From: the human T2T-CHM13v2.0 reference genome, Homo sapiens
Reading direction: 5' to 3' (one strand)
Assembly (NCBI RefSeq): GCF_009914755.1
Contig: NC_060937.1
Length of the DNA stretch: 64,000 bases
The notes under the pieces are model-generated. The model made no database searches and was not told the DNA's origin. It worked only from the letters and a program-made list of their open reading frames with translations. Shown one piece after another: positions 1 through 14,789 of the stretch (position 1 is its first letter; the number at the start of each line of letters is the position of its first letter). Both the position numbers and the translations under genes were made by a program.

Positions 1-790
1 AGCAGTTATGAAGTAGTATCTCGTTATGGTTTTAATTTGCATTTCCCTAATGGCTGATAAGGCTGAGTGTTACTTCATGTTCTTATTTGTATTTGCATAT
101 TTTCTTTGGTGAAATGTCTGTTCAAATATTTTGCCCATGTTTGTCCTTTTATTATTGAGTTATATGAATTCTTTATATATTTTGATACAAGTCCTTTATT
201 TGATATGTGCTTTTCTCCCAAGCTGTAGCTTCCCTCTTCATTTTTAATGTTTCTTTTAAAGAGCAAAGTTTATTTTTTATTTTAATGAAATTCAATTTAT
301 CAACATTTTTGCTATGTGCTTTTAGAAATCTTTGCTAACTCAACATCACAAAGATTTTTTCCTATGTTTTCTTCTAGAAGTTTATAGTTTTTGTTCTTAC
401 ATTTAAGATCACGACCACTTCAAATAATATGAGGTAATGGTCAAATTCATTATTTTGCATATGGATATCCAATTGTTCCATTTGTTTAAAAGACTGTCTT
501 CTTATCCACTACCTTATTTTAATATCTTTGTTAAGAATTGACTGTGTGTGTGAGGGCCTACATCTAGACTCAATTCTGTTCCACTAATCTCCTATGTTTA
601 TCCTTATGATGGCACCACACTGCATGGATCACTGTAGTAAGTTTTACAATAAGTTTTAAAATCAGATGATATAAGTCTTCCAACTTTATTCTTCTAAAAT
701 TGTTTTGGCTATTCCAGGACCTTTACATTTCCATATAAATTTTAGAATCAGCTTGCCTATTTCTACAAAAAGGCTGCTGGGATAAAGATA
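1..790 (-). mobile_element. Old L1 (L1M-type) fragment
   Basis: Reverse-strand L1 ORF2-end motifs (ttaatttgcatttccctaatg, tggatatccaattgttcc, ttccatataaattttagaatcagcttg); degraded minus-strand ORF ...WAKYLNRHFTKENMQI. Confidence 0.8.
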
Positions 791-1160
791 TCTGTAACCA
801 TGAGTACTCACAAAGCATTTTTGGATCATGCTGTGGGTCTAATAGGGTCATCAGTTTAAGTACAAAACTATAGTGAATTCTACCATCCACTACTGCAACT
901 TAAAGCAATTTCTAAACCTCTGTTTTCTCATCTATAAAATAAACAAGTTAGTTTACTCTTCATCAATCTATCCATTCATTCACACACCATGTACACTGTT
1001 TTAATTCTAGCAGTGACAGTATAATGATCATTAGTCTACAAGAGTACAGAAGTACTCTTTAAAGTCTGGATAAACTGAATGTCAGAGTTAACAGAAAATG
1101 TGATTTATCCAGTAACATAACAGAACATAACTAGAGTAGCACTAAATTCATGATTATTAC

Positions 1161-1376
1161 CTTATTCAGCAAAGCAACTTGGAACCCAGTGTATTCCTTC
1201 ATATTAAGGTCTAGCAGTCTGTGAGGGACATCCTCTGAAATTCCCTGGAGGAGTTGTTGAAAATCTTTCCTATATGCCATTGATAAACCATGTGATCGGC
1301 TCCGGACTTTTATTCCAGTCTCCTGTACTACTTTTTTGCCTACAGATCCAATGACTCGATCAGATTCTATTTTGGC
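1161..1376 (-). CDS. INTS6: INTS6 coding exon 12 (216 nt, phase 0-0): AKIESDRVIGSVGKKVVQETGIKVRSRSHGLSMAYRKDFQQLLQGISEDVPHRLLDLNMKEYTGFQVALLNK
   Basis: Acceptor tatttttactttag|GCC, donor AAG|gtaata. Confidence 0.96.
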
Positions 1377-2383
1377 CTAAAGTAAAAATAAGTCAGAATT
1401 ATCTTGATAAAATCTAAATTAATAAATCAGATACTAATGGTTATGATCTTCTATAAATTAAATATATATTTTTTAAGTATATAAGAAGTTAAAAACTCAA
1501 GTAGCATAGTTTATGTCAAGTATTGGGTAAATTAAACATAGTTTAAACAACAATGTCTTATGATTTTAAATCATTACAACTCTAAACTTTTGGAGCAGGA
1601 CAAACACAATTTCAATTTATTATTTTATTTATTAATACCCACTATACCTAAACCATGAAATATAAATGCACACTAAACAAAAATGTGTATTCCCAATTCA
1701 GGGGTGACGGTAAATTATTTTTTTAAAATCATCATTATGTAAGACATTTTTACTAGCACATCAATATGGCAAATAATTATGCAGTTCTTCCCTGGAAAGC
1801 AAGAAGCAATGTTTTGACTCCTCCCAAACTGCCTTTTGATTTGTAGTTAAGGTAGCAATGTCAGAAGTACTGGAGAAATAATGTATTTCATAGGACATTA
1901 ATAATTTCACAGTCAGTTAAACTATATACTGCTTGACTACTATAGTATTTATTAATGTGACTTATGGCCAGAATGACAAAATTCAGTGTTTTCTACAAAC
2001 ATTTCAAAGAAACTCCCATTCTGAAAGAAAAATCTGCAGGTTTCAAAACATAAAGAGTTTTTTTTTTCTTTTTTAAGGAAAAATGACTTTCTAATCTAAA
2101 TTTCTCAAAAGATAAATAATGTTCACATATAGCAAGTCTAGGACCACACTCATGAAGCCATTTTCATAAATTAGGAATTATTATATAATTTTCAAATTAA
2201 TGTTTCAAAACATAGCACACCATGGATGTGAGACAGAATTATGTAATATATGGCTCTAAAATGTAATATATTAATATAATGGAATTCCATTAGAACCATC
2301 AAGAACTAGCTTTTAACCTGTTTAACCATCCTAGCCAAAACCATTCAAAATACTTAATGGCTCACTCTATTTCTTGATATTAC

Positions 2384-2494
2384 CTGTTGACTCAGTTTTT
2401 TGAGGTATGAAATGACACTGTAACTAAGTCCATATTCCATACTGTCTGCTATTAGGTTAGGTGCTCCCATCATCCTAACAGCTTTCTTCAAGGG
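2384..2494 (-). CDS. INTS6: INTS6 coding exon 11 (111 nt, phase 0-0): PLKKAVRMMGAPNLIADSMEYGLSYSVISYLKKLSQQ
   Basis: Acceptor ttttcttttttcctatag|CCC, donor CAG|gtaata. Confidence 0.96.
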
Positions 2495-2859
2495 CTATAG
2501 GAAAAAAGAAAACATCATTCAATATTAAGCTTATTAAAAACTTATGGTTCCATGTATAGTCTGTCTTAAAATTTTCTCCAAAAAATTATTTCCCCTTCTT
2601 TTCCTCAATAAGGAAGTAACACAATTGTATTTATGTTTCAGTAAAATGTTTGTCAGTGGGATGAAAGGCCGTTTGAAGTAGTTAAAAAGGATTAGAGGCC
2701 ATAATAACTCCCCAAGACAAGAAGGATAAGATACTGGTCTTCCTTGGTACCACTGGGAGAAACTAGGTTTGGAATAAATGGACAGAAGACACATTCTAGA
2801 GGTAGCTCTGATAAAACATGGGTAGTAAGTGAAAAACACTCAAGGAAAATGCAAGATTT

Positions 2860-3085
2860 CTACTTTTGAGTAATTAGCTGCTCAACCACTCACTAGTTAT
2901 ATGATTCTAGATCAGATTATAAATAAGCTCTCTGGCTCTCTGTGGCTTAGTTTCTCATTTGTAAAATGGGGATAATAACAATACCTACTCTTACAGGGTT
3001 GTCATGGGATTAAATGAGTTAATACACATAAAGCACTTTATAAAACCATTGGGTACAAATTATTAATCATTACTATTATTATCAT
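2860..3085. mobile_element. MIR SINE
   Basis: MIR core ttagtttctcatttgtaaaatggggataataacaatacctactc...ttaaatgagttaatac. Confidence 0.75.
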
Positions 3086-3859
3086 ATGCTGAGCTGAAAA
3101 AAAGCTCTGAAGGAAACATAAGCAGGAGGAAAAAACAATCTAATATTTATTATGGATGTGGTAGTTGAAAGTTAAAAAAAACTTTCAATTGTAAGGAGAG
3201 ACTGAGAAGTACTTTATACGATGAAAAATATCACTAGCAAGAGTGTCTAGCATTTGTGAATCGGATAGAGCCAGAAAAAGGATGATAATCATTGACATAT
3301 TAGAAAGTGTATAAGCACTGGTGTCAAACTGAAATCAAATCCCAGCCCTGATATTTAACACCTATCTGGCTTGGCTAAATCTTCAGGGTTGCTATGAAAC
3401 GTAAATGAGTCAACATATGTAACAGTTCCTGTTCGAAGTGTTTGTTCTTTTTTGTCCTTCTACTTGCCAGGCACTGTGTGCTAGACATTCAACACAACTT
3501 ATCTGTTAGAACTATAAAATGTCATGATTTTTAAAGCTCAAGAAATTAATCTCCTAATTATATTAGGGATGATTTAGAAAGATTATTTATAGCCAAATGC
3601 TATAATATTCCTGCATCAAAACAGAATACATAAGTGATTTTAAGTACTTTTGTTAAAAAGTTATCTTTCACAAACTAAATCATGTATTTAATAAAATGCA
3701 CATTATTGGTTTTACCTACTATGATACACTATTTTGAAGTAATCAAGTCCTCTAAAGCATATGGTTCTATAAGAATATACACTTATCCACCTTACAAAGT
3801 GTTTCTAGAGATTTGGGAAATAATACAACAAAAACTATTGTGCACCCTTAAAAATAAAT

Positions 3860-4189
3860 ATAGTCGGCCCTACATATCTATGGATTCCGTATTCTGTGAA
3901 TTCAATCAACCACAGACTGAAAACGTTAGGAAAAAAAAATGGATCGTTGCATCTGTACTGAACATATATACAGACTCTTTTTTCCTTGACATTATTCCTT
4001 AAACAATACAGTATAAAAGTATATACATATTAAGTAACCTAGAAATGGTTTAAAGTATACAAGAGAATGTGTGTAGGTTATATGCAAATACTATGCCATT
4101 TTATATGAGGGACTTGAGCATCTGTGACTTTTGGTGTCCACAGGTGAGCCTGGAGCCAATCCCTCACAGATACTGAGAGACAACTATAA
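3860..4189. mobile_element. MER2-like TcMar-Tigger DNA transposon
   Basis: Ends tagtcggccctacatatctatggattcc...cagatactgagagacaactata with TA flanks. Confidence 0.75.
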
Positions 4190-4219
4190 TCATAAAACTG
4201 TAATTTTAAAAGGTAGTAC

Positions 4220-4460
4220 AACACTCGAGGTTAAAAGCCTAAATCTAAGCCAGACTGAATTTCAGGCTCCTCATCCCCTCACATATTAGCTATGTAGCCT
4301 TGTGCAAATTATTTAATTTTTAATGCCTTAGTTTCCTCATCTATGTAACAGAACCAATAATCATTTCTACCTCATAGGGTAACTGTATAAATTAATGATG
4401 TTGCTTAGGACAGTACCTGGCCTACGTAAGCAGTACATAAATGTTCTCATGATCATGATC
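4220..4460. mobile_element. MIR SINE
   Basis: ccttgtgcaaattatttaa...tgccttagtttcctcatctatgtaa core. Confidence 0.65.
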
Positions 4461-4568
4461 ATCATCACTACTCTGCAAATCACTGAAACCTCTCTTTACC
4501 TTTATACCTATAGTGGTCATCTGTATACTCAATTTTCATGTCATTTAATCTATAAAAGCAATAAATAA

Positions 4569-4923
<355 letters not shown>

Positions 4924-4951
4924 AACAAGTTCTTTTAAATAATATTCTTAC

Positions 4952-5046
4952 CCCAAGATAGTAGGGAGGCATTGTCTTCAAATAACTTTCAAATGACTGT
5001 CTCCACTTCAATGTTGGTTTTGCTTTATGCACTTTAAACAAGTCAT
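4952..5046 (-). CDS. INTS6: INTS6 coding exon 10 (95 nt, phase 1-0): (D)[31 protein letters not shown]
   Basis: Acceptor ttatacgtttctag|AT, donor GGG|gtaaga; inside track ORF 4763..5077. Confidence 0.97.
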
Positions 5047-5689
5047 CTAGAAACGTATAATGTGAACAAACTATCACTACTCATTATTTTCACACATAGA
5101 AGTCAAGTCAAAGACGTTTCCTTTTTAAAGTCTGCTTTGTTATTTTTGAGAGAGTAACATCAGACGTTTTTTAACATGAAAGTAAGATTTACGGTTTTGT
5201 CATTTTCTATAAAATGAAAAGATGCCAATTATGGTCTAAAAGTACATGCAGGAATTAAGTTAGAATCAGAAAACACACAAGGAAAATCTATGCCCTCCCT
5301 AGACCTAGACACAAAGCAGATTTGAAGACAGAAACAAAGCATGCACAATGTTTTCTATAAAATATACGTACTAATATTTTGACTATAACTTTTAAATTTA
5401 ATGTGATTTCATGGAAGGTAAGTTTTCTCCAACAGCACTCCTCAAAAATGATAGCTAGATTGTACCCAGAAACTAACTTTAGGCTTTTATCAAATTATTT
5501 TGGAACAAATTCCTTTATTTAAAAAATATTTGCCAAATGAAAATTAAAGTGTAGATAAATTCTTAGAAAATGCACTCAGATCTTGTTAACTATACTATGT
5601 TTCTACAAAATGTCTCATTTCAAACAGAAAGCCTACATTACCAATTCTAACTGTTAGAAATCTAACTTGCAGAAAAGTTAGAATATTTA

Positions 5690-6038
<349 letters not shown>

Positions 6039-6251
6039 TTATTAAATTGCAGACTAAAAAGTGTTTCAATATCATCTTTTAATTTACTGTAAACACGAAC
6101 AGATTGTTATATTTTCTTAAAGATGTTCAACATTTTAGAATATTCAAAATATTTTCATTGATTTCCAGAAGACAAGAAAAACTACAAAGAAATGCGCTTT
6201 AGGAGAACTTTTATATGCTAAGCCAAGGAGAAAGTGACAAGAATGACTTAC

Positions 6252-6384
6252 CTAAGAGGGGAAGAAGGACTGGATAATTGTAAGGCATCACAAATAAGTT
6301 GACACAGTTCAGTGCTGTACTGGCTTTCAAGTAACCAAAAGGATGACCAAGTTCACTGTATTTTGCACTATTGCTCACGTACAC
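6252..6384 (-). CDS. INTS6: INTS6 coding exon 9 (133 nt, phase 0-1): VYVSNSAKYSELGHPFGYLKASTALNCVNLFVMPYNYPVLLPLL(D)
   Basis: Acceptor ctcctttttaacag|GTG, donor TTAG|gtaagt; a 127-nt intron separates it from exon 8. Confidence 0.96.
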
Positions 6385-6511
6385 CTGTTAAAAAGGAGCG
6401 GTTAAAACTTTAATAACCTTTAAAGAATGTTACATAAACCATTGATTCAATTCAGCTTTTTAAGAAATGCCTCATTTAAATTTTGGGGTCACTGTAAGTT
6501 GTTCAGCTTAC

Positions 6512-6664
6512 CTGCCAACATGTTTGAGGAGATTTCCTTTCCAGGATAAATTGAGTCAGTGGTGAAGGTTCCAACTCATATTTGTCAAAAGGAAGTTTAT
6601 CAATAACCATTGGTTCACAGTCTGTACAGGAAAACTTCACTACAGGATGAGATGTACGAGGTGG
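6512..6664 (-). CDS. INTS6: INTS6 coding exon 8 (153 nt, phase 0-0): PPRTSHPVVKFSCTDCEPMVIDKLPFDKYELEPSPLTQFILERKSPQTCWQ
   Basis: Acceptor actttcccctttag|CCA, donor CAG|gtaagc. Confidence 0.96.
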
Positions 6665-7449
6665 CTAAAGGGGAAAGTCTTGTAATTACTACTTACATGA
6701 AATTTCAGAAACAAAACTAAATATTCCTCATTATCAAAATTTACTCAGTTCCTCCGTCTTGCTAGTAAGAGTTTGATTTACTGCTAAAAGCAACATTAAG
6801 CTGAAAGGAAACACTTGAAAATGTAATGCTAAAGTTATGTAATATTCACAACAAAAAGATAAACACTTGAAAATCTATAGAAATGAAAATATTTTTAGGT
6901 CTTACGCAAAATTTAGTAATTGAGTATTCATTAATTTTTACATCCAAAAAATTAGAAATGTATATAGAAACTCTCACAAGTCTTCATTTGTAGCAATTAC
7001 TTATAGAGAGTAGCGACTTCCAAAGTAATCATAGATCTTGATCAGTTTTTGAACACACTATATATTTCTAATTATACAAATTATAAATGTAGATGTACAT
7101 AACAAAATATATACCAAAATGGTATGAAAATAGGAGAAAAATAACCATAAATAGAACTTCTAATGTTTCCTTCCCTATTCCAGCAATCATTTTGGTAAAC
7201 TCTATAGGATACACACCCTTATTTTAGAAACCCCTGTTCTAGAGGTATAAAAAAGTAATACTTTTTTTAAAAAGGCATGTTACTCCCCAATCTACCTCTT
7301 AATAGTCCTCTTCCTAAAAATCTCACAAATTGTGAACAAAATGAGCTATGAGGAAATAATTTTAAATGTCATAGCTATAAAGGACTCTATTGGCCTCAGT
7401 TACTGCTTATACCCTGGTGGTTCACAAATCTACTGTTGGGGCCAGATGG

Positions 7450-8370
7450 CTCCTATTTCTCTGCTGTATCTAACTACCCACTAGACATAACCTGAATCTT
7501 CCACAGGTTCCTCAGACACAATATGTACAATTTGTTTCTTCTCCCCCAAGCTACAAAACCTGTTCTAAAAACCTAGCCGTTATTCTTGATATCTTCCCCT
7601 CATCCTCCATATTTAACTGTCACAAAGACCTGGATAAACTGATATCACAAATTCTAAGGCACTTACCAGAACACATAAACATGGTAGGTAGTCATTACTA
7701 GTTGCTGCCTTCTGTCAATACTAAACTCTCATCTCTCTAGAAATGTTATCTTCTATTTCTTACCACTTTAATTTGGGCCTTCATCATTTCTCAGATTAGA
7801 CTAGTACAAATGCTTTTTGCTTTGTTTAGTTTCTAATCAGTCCCTGTCTGATCAATCCATGGCAGTGAAATATAAATAGGATCATATAATTTCCCTATCT
7901 AAAACTGTTCGGTAAAAGTAACAGCCAATCACCTAAAAATAGGGTCTAGACACTTAATATCACATATAAAGATCTTCAGTGATCTGGTCCCTATCTGCCT
8001 TCCCACCACCACGCCATACAGACTCCATACTTCAGCCATGCCAAGTACTTATTTTCTCCCTTGCATATTGCAAACAAAGTTTAGAAAAATGAGTTGGCAT
8101 GTAACAACCTCTAAAAGACCTCTTCCCTCATACCCCTTCCCACTCTGTACTCCAAAAACACACCAGGCTGTCAGGCCCACCTCCTCTGGCTCTGCCCCAC
8201 CCCTCCATTACAGTTGGCACACTGTACTCTATGATGTGTACGTGTCTGACATGCCCATAGATGGGTAATGTTCAGAGGGGAAGCACTGTTTTACTCATCT
8301 TGTGCTCCTGTGCCTAGCATGCACCTGACACACAGTTTATTGAATCAGTCCACAAAACACACTTATTCTG
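7450..8370 (+). mobile_element. Degraded L2 fragments
   Basis: L2-like motifs (ttcctcagacacaatatgt, ggatcatataatttccctatctaaaac, tgtgcctagcatgcacctgacacacag); boundaries approximate. Confidence 0.55.
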
Positions 8371-10308
8371 TGAATAAAAATACGGAGATCCAAGAGGGAA
8401 AGTGGAGGGAAAGATCCTCTAGAACTTGGCCAAGAAAATTTTGCATATATGATTTTGTTTAATTCCCAAAACAACCCTATGAGATGGAGCTATAAGCCAC
8501 TTAACAGATGGGAAATTGAAGCTTACAAAAGATAACCAAAGGTACTAATTAATAACTAATAGTGCCGTGATTCAAATTCACATCTTGTAAATTACACTTA
8601 ACTTCAGTAGCAATATTTCTTCAATATTGTAATTTATAAAAATTTCACTTCCCCTAATATCCTTCAGTTACTAAAGTTTGCCAGTTCTTTCCAATATTAT
8701 TTATTATTCTCTCTTCCATCATCATAATTCAACCACTTAAAATCTCTTACGTGAACCATATCAATAGCCCTCATAGGTAACCTACCTGCCTTTCAACTCA
8801 TCTCCCCTTCTAATTTTACTGCATATAACCACCACCAAATCAATTTTTCTAAAGATGTCTGTTAAAAACATCTTCGACTGCTCTTTGAACTCCACTGTTT
8901 AAAAGCTAATATTCCTTAACCCTGCATTTAAAGTCATAAGCAATTTGGTTAGTTTAATAGTACTCTCAATGTCCTATATACATGTTATGATCCACCCGTA
9001 CTCAGCTACTTGTTACTCCTCTAAACATACCTTGTTCTTTTTCACTTCCATATTTTTTTTCTCATACTATTTCCTTCTCCAATTGAAGTCCTACCTACCC
9101 TCTATGGCTTCTAAGAATTTGTGATAGACTGCTAGAGCAGCATTAATAGATAAGGGTTCTGATACTGGTTTTGGATTTCTTTCCATTACAACTCAGGTAC
9201 TGTATGTTCTCCTGTACATGTTAAATAAATAGAATAAATAACCAACATGACAATATTTCATACAAATACGGTATCTGTTCTGTAAGAGTTGAAAGAGCTC
9301 CAGAAAAGAAAGTAAAATGACCAAAGAAATTGGAAGTTTCTCCATAAAGCCAGACTAAAAAACTATGATGGTTCTATCAGAAAAAAAGAAAAGGTATAAT
9401 GAAGATACTTCAATGAAATTTAGAAAACCTTAACTTCATGCACTACTTTATTAAATCCCTAATGAATAAAGGAAATATCACTTTATAAACTCAAAATAAA
9501 AATTATCCTGAAAAGCTGATACAGGTTTGAAGTACAAAAGGTTTCAAAAAGGTTTTGTTGTATCAAACATTATTAGACTGCTTAATGATCTCTGAAATAC
9601 AATTCTTATTTTCTAAAGGTAAAATCAAGGAGAACCACTGCCATGCTCTCCCACAAAATATCCCTTAATGCCCTCAGATACTTAGAAAAAAAATATGGAA
9701 AAAAAGAGTACACTAACACGACTAAATGGATATTAATTTGTATAAATGTACCCTATTATTTTAAGAATTATATAATGAATACTGATAATTCACCATGATC
9801 GCTCAGCAAACTTCATTTTTCCTAAAAATAATTCAGGTAAACAAAATCAGAAAATCTGTTCTAGCTTAAACCTCCAATCTGCAACACTGTATATAACTAA
9901 AACCATACATATCAATATGAATTTAAGACTAAGTCCTAAAAAATTGCAGGCAAACTATCAAAATTATTTTCTAAGCCTTCATTTAAATCCTAAATTGTGT
10001 CCCAGAGACAAATCCTCATTTAGAGTCTAAAGAGGAAATTTTGAACCCAGAAGCCAAGAATAAAAATCGCAAGCATAGTATTAGATTCTAAACGAAGGAG
10101 ATGCCTTTTTTCTATTACTTCATAATAAACAAAGTAACAGGGTTATCATAGCAAAGCAACATAATAAAGCAAGTAACAGGGTATCATAGCACTTTGAACA
10201 TCTGTCTAATCCCCATAAATTAATCACAGCTTTGACAACAGAATTTGAAACTAATAGGAAAGACAGCTGAATGGTTACTATTACATAGTTACAGTCTCTG
10301 GTACTTAC

Positions 10309-10463
10309 TAGTGTTGGCGAATTTTGATCTGGCCAAAAAGACTCTGGAACAGGCCAATGACCTATAGGAACCCCAGTTTTAGGATTTGGTCTGACATATA
10401 TGAGTTTGTGACAGCTATGCCAAGGCTGAGATCCAAAAGGCCTTGATATATCTGGCTGCCCAT
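10309..10463 (-). CDS. INTS6: INTS6 coding exon 7 (155 nt, phase 1-0): (D)GQPDISRPFGSQPWHSCHKLIYVRPNPKTGVPIGHWPVPESFWPDQNSPTL
   Basis: Acceptor ttctttgctatag|AT, donor CTA|gtaagt; inside track ORF 10120..10518. Confidence 0.97.
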
Positions 10464-11094
10464 CTATAGCAAAGAAATTAAGACAAAGAAAGCATATATC
10501 ATAAGGGGGGATAAGCATAAAAAGTTAAATTATATCAATTATTACTTAAATTAATAAAAAATTCCTAATATCTTTTTCCAGGTTTTCCTATTTTTCTTAA
10601 ATGGCAGAACACTATGTCTGCTGAATATTTAGACTAGATTGTAATTCATTAGACAATAAGTACAAATTCCAACTATGAGTTCGCCAGTTCAAAGGAGGTC
10701 CGCAGCATCCTTTGCCTTCCCAACTGGAACACACAAAACATACTTTACGGTGAATATCTGTTTGATGAATGGCATGTTTTCTTCATCAGATGATAAGAGC
10801 AAGCACCCAATTTGCCACCTTTATCATCATATCCCAAATGTCAAAAACAGTGCCAGGCACACAATAAATACTAGAATAAATAAGTACTGCAAATTGAGTA
10901 TTTCTTAGAAATCATTTTAACCGAAGCCTAAAAAAAGAACTTAATAAGCAAATCTAGACCAAAGCACCTACCTTTAATCTAAAATAATTTTAGCAAAACA
11001 GCAACTATCTTCAACAATCCAGTAAACATTTACTAGTAACAAACTCTAAACAAAGCATTAAAATAATTTAAAATAAATACACTGTAACAATTAA

Positions 11095-11616
<522 letters not shown>

Positions 11617-12240
11617 TGACTCTTAAATCTTGAAATAGGTAACATACAATGCAGAGGGTCTCAACTATAAACCATCCATTGGTTCTACTATAACTCCTTA
11701 TATCCACTGGCTATTGGAAATAGTTCATGATTACAGAAGCCAAGAAAAAGCCAGGTGGGACTCAGCTAGAGTTAGAAGAATCAAGCTTAATGGCAAAGCC
11801 TGGTTCCTCATTTTTGACCCACATAAACCATTTACTTTCAATCAGTTTGATCCCTGGTACAAAAGTAGCTAAGGAGTTAAACATCTAGGACTGAACACTT
11901 TGGGAATTAAAGGGCATAGGAGAAGCATATATATGTTGAGAGGCAATTGTATAATACTACAAAGAAATTATAAAGTTGCTTATCGATAAATCTTTGAAAA
12001 GGCTTTTGACTCATCAAAATGTCAGGCAATAGACAATCATTAATACAAAAAGGTGATGCTACTAGACTACTATTAGTTTACCTTGACTTTCCTATTTAAT
12101 CTTCCCTCTTTACCAACAGCCTTTCTGTCTTAATAATTTGGCCTTGCCTATCTTAAGGCCAAATCACAGTAAGTTTTCAGTTCTAGTTGAATAAACAATA
12201 AAGCAAGTTTTGAATGTCTAAAAGAAAAGTGCAATAATAC

Positions 12241-12366
12241 CTTCTACAGGGGAAGGATCTGGTCCTGCTTTTTCAAAGTTTATTACCACCCCACTTTGTA
12301 CTTTCTGCACCAAGGACTCCAGACACTGATTAAGCATTCTTGGAGAACACACAGAATATGAACGGC
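12241..12366 (-). CDS. INTS6: INTS6 coding exon 6 (126 nt, phase 1-1): (G)RSYSVCSPRMLNQCLESLVQKVQSGVVINFEKAGPDPSPVE(D)
   Basis: Acceptor (ttc)n-ttttttttaatctcag|GC, donor GAAG|gtatta; frame continues from exon 5. Confidence 0.96.
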
Positions 12367-12374
12367 CTGAGATT

Positions 12375-12403
12375 AAAAAAAAGAAGAAGAAGAAGAAGAA
12401 GAA
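12375..12403. repeat. A8(GAA)7 microsatellite; forms the polypyrimidine tract of exon 6 on the minus strand
   Basis: aaaaaaaa gaagaagaagaagaagaagaa, 8 nt from the exon 6 boundary. Confidence 0.9.
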
Positions 12404-13094
12404 TATAGTAAACTAGTTAGTTGCAAGAATTCCTATCATTAGCAAGAAAAAAACAACTGTGGGGTTTCTGACAGTACTAATTAACAAAAGTTCAATGGTA
12501 AAAGTTGACTAATTTCATTATCTTATGAAAGAATGCACAAAAATCATTATTTCCAACCAACCAACAATCCCATTTTGTGAGAGTATGTACATTTTTTCTT
12601 CTAATTACAGGTATTTGGAACATAGAATTCTTGGTCTGAACAAAACACATGAAAACAAGTCACATATTTTATGTTTTTTAAAACATATATATAAAAAACA
12701 CTATCTCCAACTGTTATGCAATACAATTTATCTTTAACACATATACACACACACATCTAGTAACTGTCTCCCCAAAATCTTATTCCTGCTTAACAAAAGT
12801 ATTATCACTAAGATTTACTGTGCACATAGTAGGTATGTAATAACTACTTGTTTACTGGCAGTTTTTAAGTATTTTAAATATTTGCATTTTAATATACAGA
12901 TGGTAGCGTGTGCTTTTCTGAATTTCACTTAGCTTATGTAAACACTTGGGAATTACCTGTCTCACGTGAATTCCCCTTTTGTACGTTTTAACTTATACTA
13001 CTTTTGGTTCAGAAGCATTAAATACTAGTGATTTTTTTAAAAAGATACCAGTGAAAAGATCTTTTAAAGAGGAATTTTCAACAAAAATATCTAG

Positions 13095-13410
13095 ACCTTT
13101 GCTATACAATACTTTATATACTAGACACATGTAGCTATTGAGAACTTGAAATATAGCTAGTCTGAATTGAAATGTATAGTAAGTAAAATATACACCTGAT
13201 TTTGTTGACTTAGTATGAAAAAATATAAAACATCTCATTAGTAATTTTAAAATATCAATCTCACACTGAAGTAATAAGGATATATTGATTTAAATAAAAT
13301 ATATTATTAAAATTAATTTCATCTATTTTTAATTTTTAAAGTGGCTACTATGAAATTTTTTATTACATATGAAATTTGAATCAGATTTCTATTATACAGT
13401 TCTGATCCAG
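13095..13410. mobile_element. MER33-like hAT-Charlie DNA transposon
   Basis: cacatgtagctattgagaacttgaaat...aaataaaatatattattaaaattaatttc...gtggctact. Confidence 0.75.
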
Positions 13411-13739
13411 ACCAACACTAAAAACCTTGACAGCTAAAACTCAATCTTTGGCCAAATATTTTGCAACATTATTTGTAATAAGCTCAATATGATGCCCTAC
13501 TCTTTTACACATTCAACCAATTATTTCACAACACAAGCTACATCATTACATTTGACACATCAAATTACTTATATCAACTTACACTTAACGTGATTTGTTA
13601 AAGGCTACTCAGAAAAGAGAACATTATAGACAATGGTGATTCAAATCCTCAAAGTCAGCTTTACTTAGAAAAAATAAATACAACAACTTAACTGTATAAA
13701 ATAATGATGATTATAACCTTAACAAATATCTACCAATTA

Positions 13740-13930
13740 CTGAGTATCTACGTGCCTGGCACTGTTCCAATCATTTTATGATTATTAATTTCTTTAATCT
13801 CAGCAACAATTGTATGGGTTATTTTCCCCATTTTACAAATGAGAACACTAAGGCACAGAGAGGCTAACTAACTTTTCCAAGTTAGTATAGTGATAGAGTT
13901 ACAATTCAAACCCTTACAGTGTATCAGAAA
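13740..13930. mobile_element. MIR SINE
   Basis: tgagtatctacgtgcctggcactg...ccccattttacaaatgagaacactaaggcacagagaggct. Confidence 0.7.
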
Positions 13931-14789
13931 CTATTCTGGATATCCTTTGTCCCTTGGAAATCCTCTGTGAATTTGAAATCAGTACTTAAAATACAGCATC
14001 TATATGAAGTCATGCTTACTTGAAAGAATTGGTAAATTCAAATTTTTTTCTAAGTCAATTTAAGTATATACAAAAAGCAATCCATAAAAAGGCTAACCAT
14101 CTTTACATGCAAAATATTAGAAGTTTACATAAAGGTTGAGTATCTTATTTCATGAAATTTAAGCATATTCCTAAGATGTCATTAAAAAGCAAAAATTTTA
14201 AAGTATATAAACTATGACAATTATCTTGCTCTCCTAAGTTGTGTCATCAATTAAGAAAACATAAGCAAATCAATCTTAACACGAAATAAAATTACTAATC
14301 AGTATATTTTACAAAAATTGGAGAAAAAGAATAAAATGAGTCATTTGGTAATAAAAATCTATTAATTATTTTAAAAGTTAAACAGAAATAGCAAATTTTG
14401 CTTTCTTTACAAAGTGAGCCTATATCCTCCGTAATGTTCCTCATGTGTACTTATTGTCTATGTCAAAACTTACTCCTTGGGATATACAACACTTTGTGCT
14501 AATGCATAAAGTTTCTAGGATCACTACTTGTATTTGTGAAAAAAGTTTTATTAGCACACACCTTCAAGTCAAGAAGCTGTCTCACTTTGGGTTATGTAGA
14601 GTCCACAAAAAAGTCAAACTAAATATAGTGAGTCTAAAGGCAGTATTAGCATCTTTGTCAAATAGAGAAGAAGCAAATGAACATTTCTAAGTTGGTCAAT
14701 AGTCCTTACAGAGGCTAAGAAAGTTAAATGTATTTAATCTAGAAATATCTATAATTTTTATAAAATACTTAAAAAATTCTTGATATATT

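Noticed and set aside
10120-10518. 132-aa ORF as a standalone protein
   Set aside because: It is exon 7 with intronic read-through on both sides. The same applies to 4763-5077 and 18187-18381.
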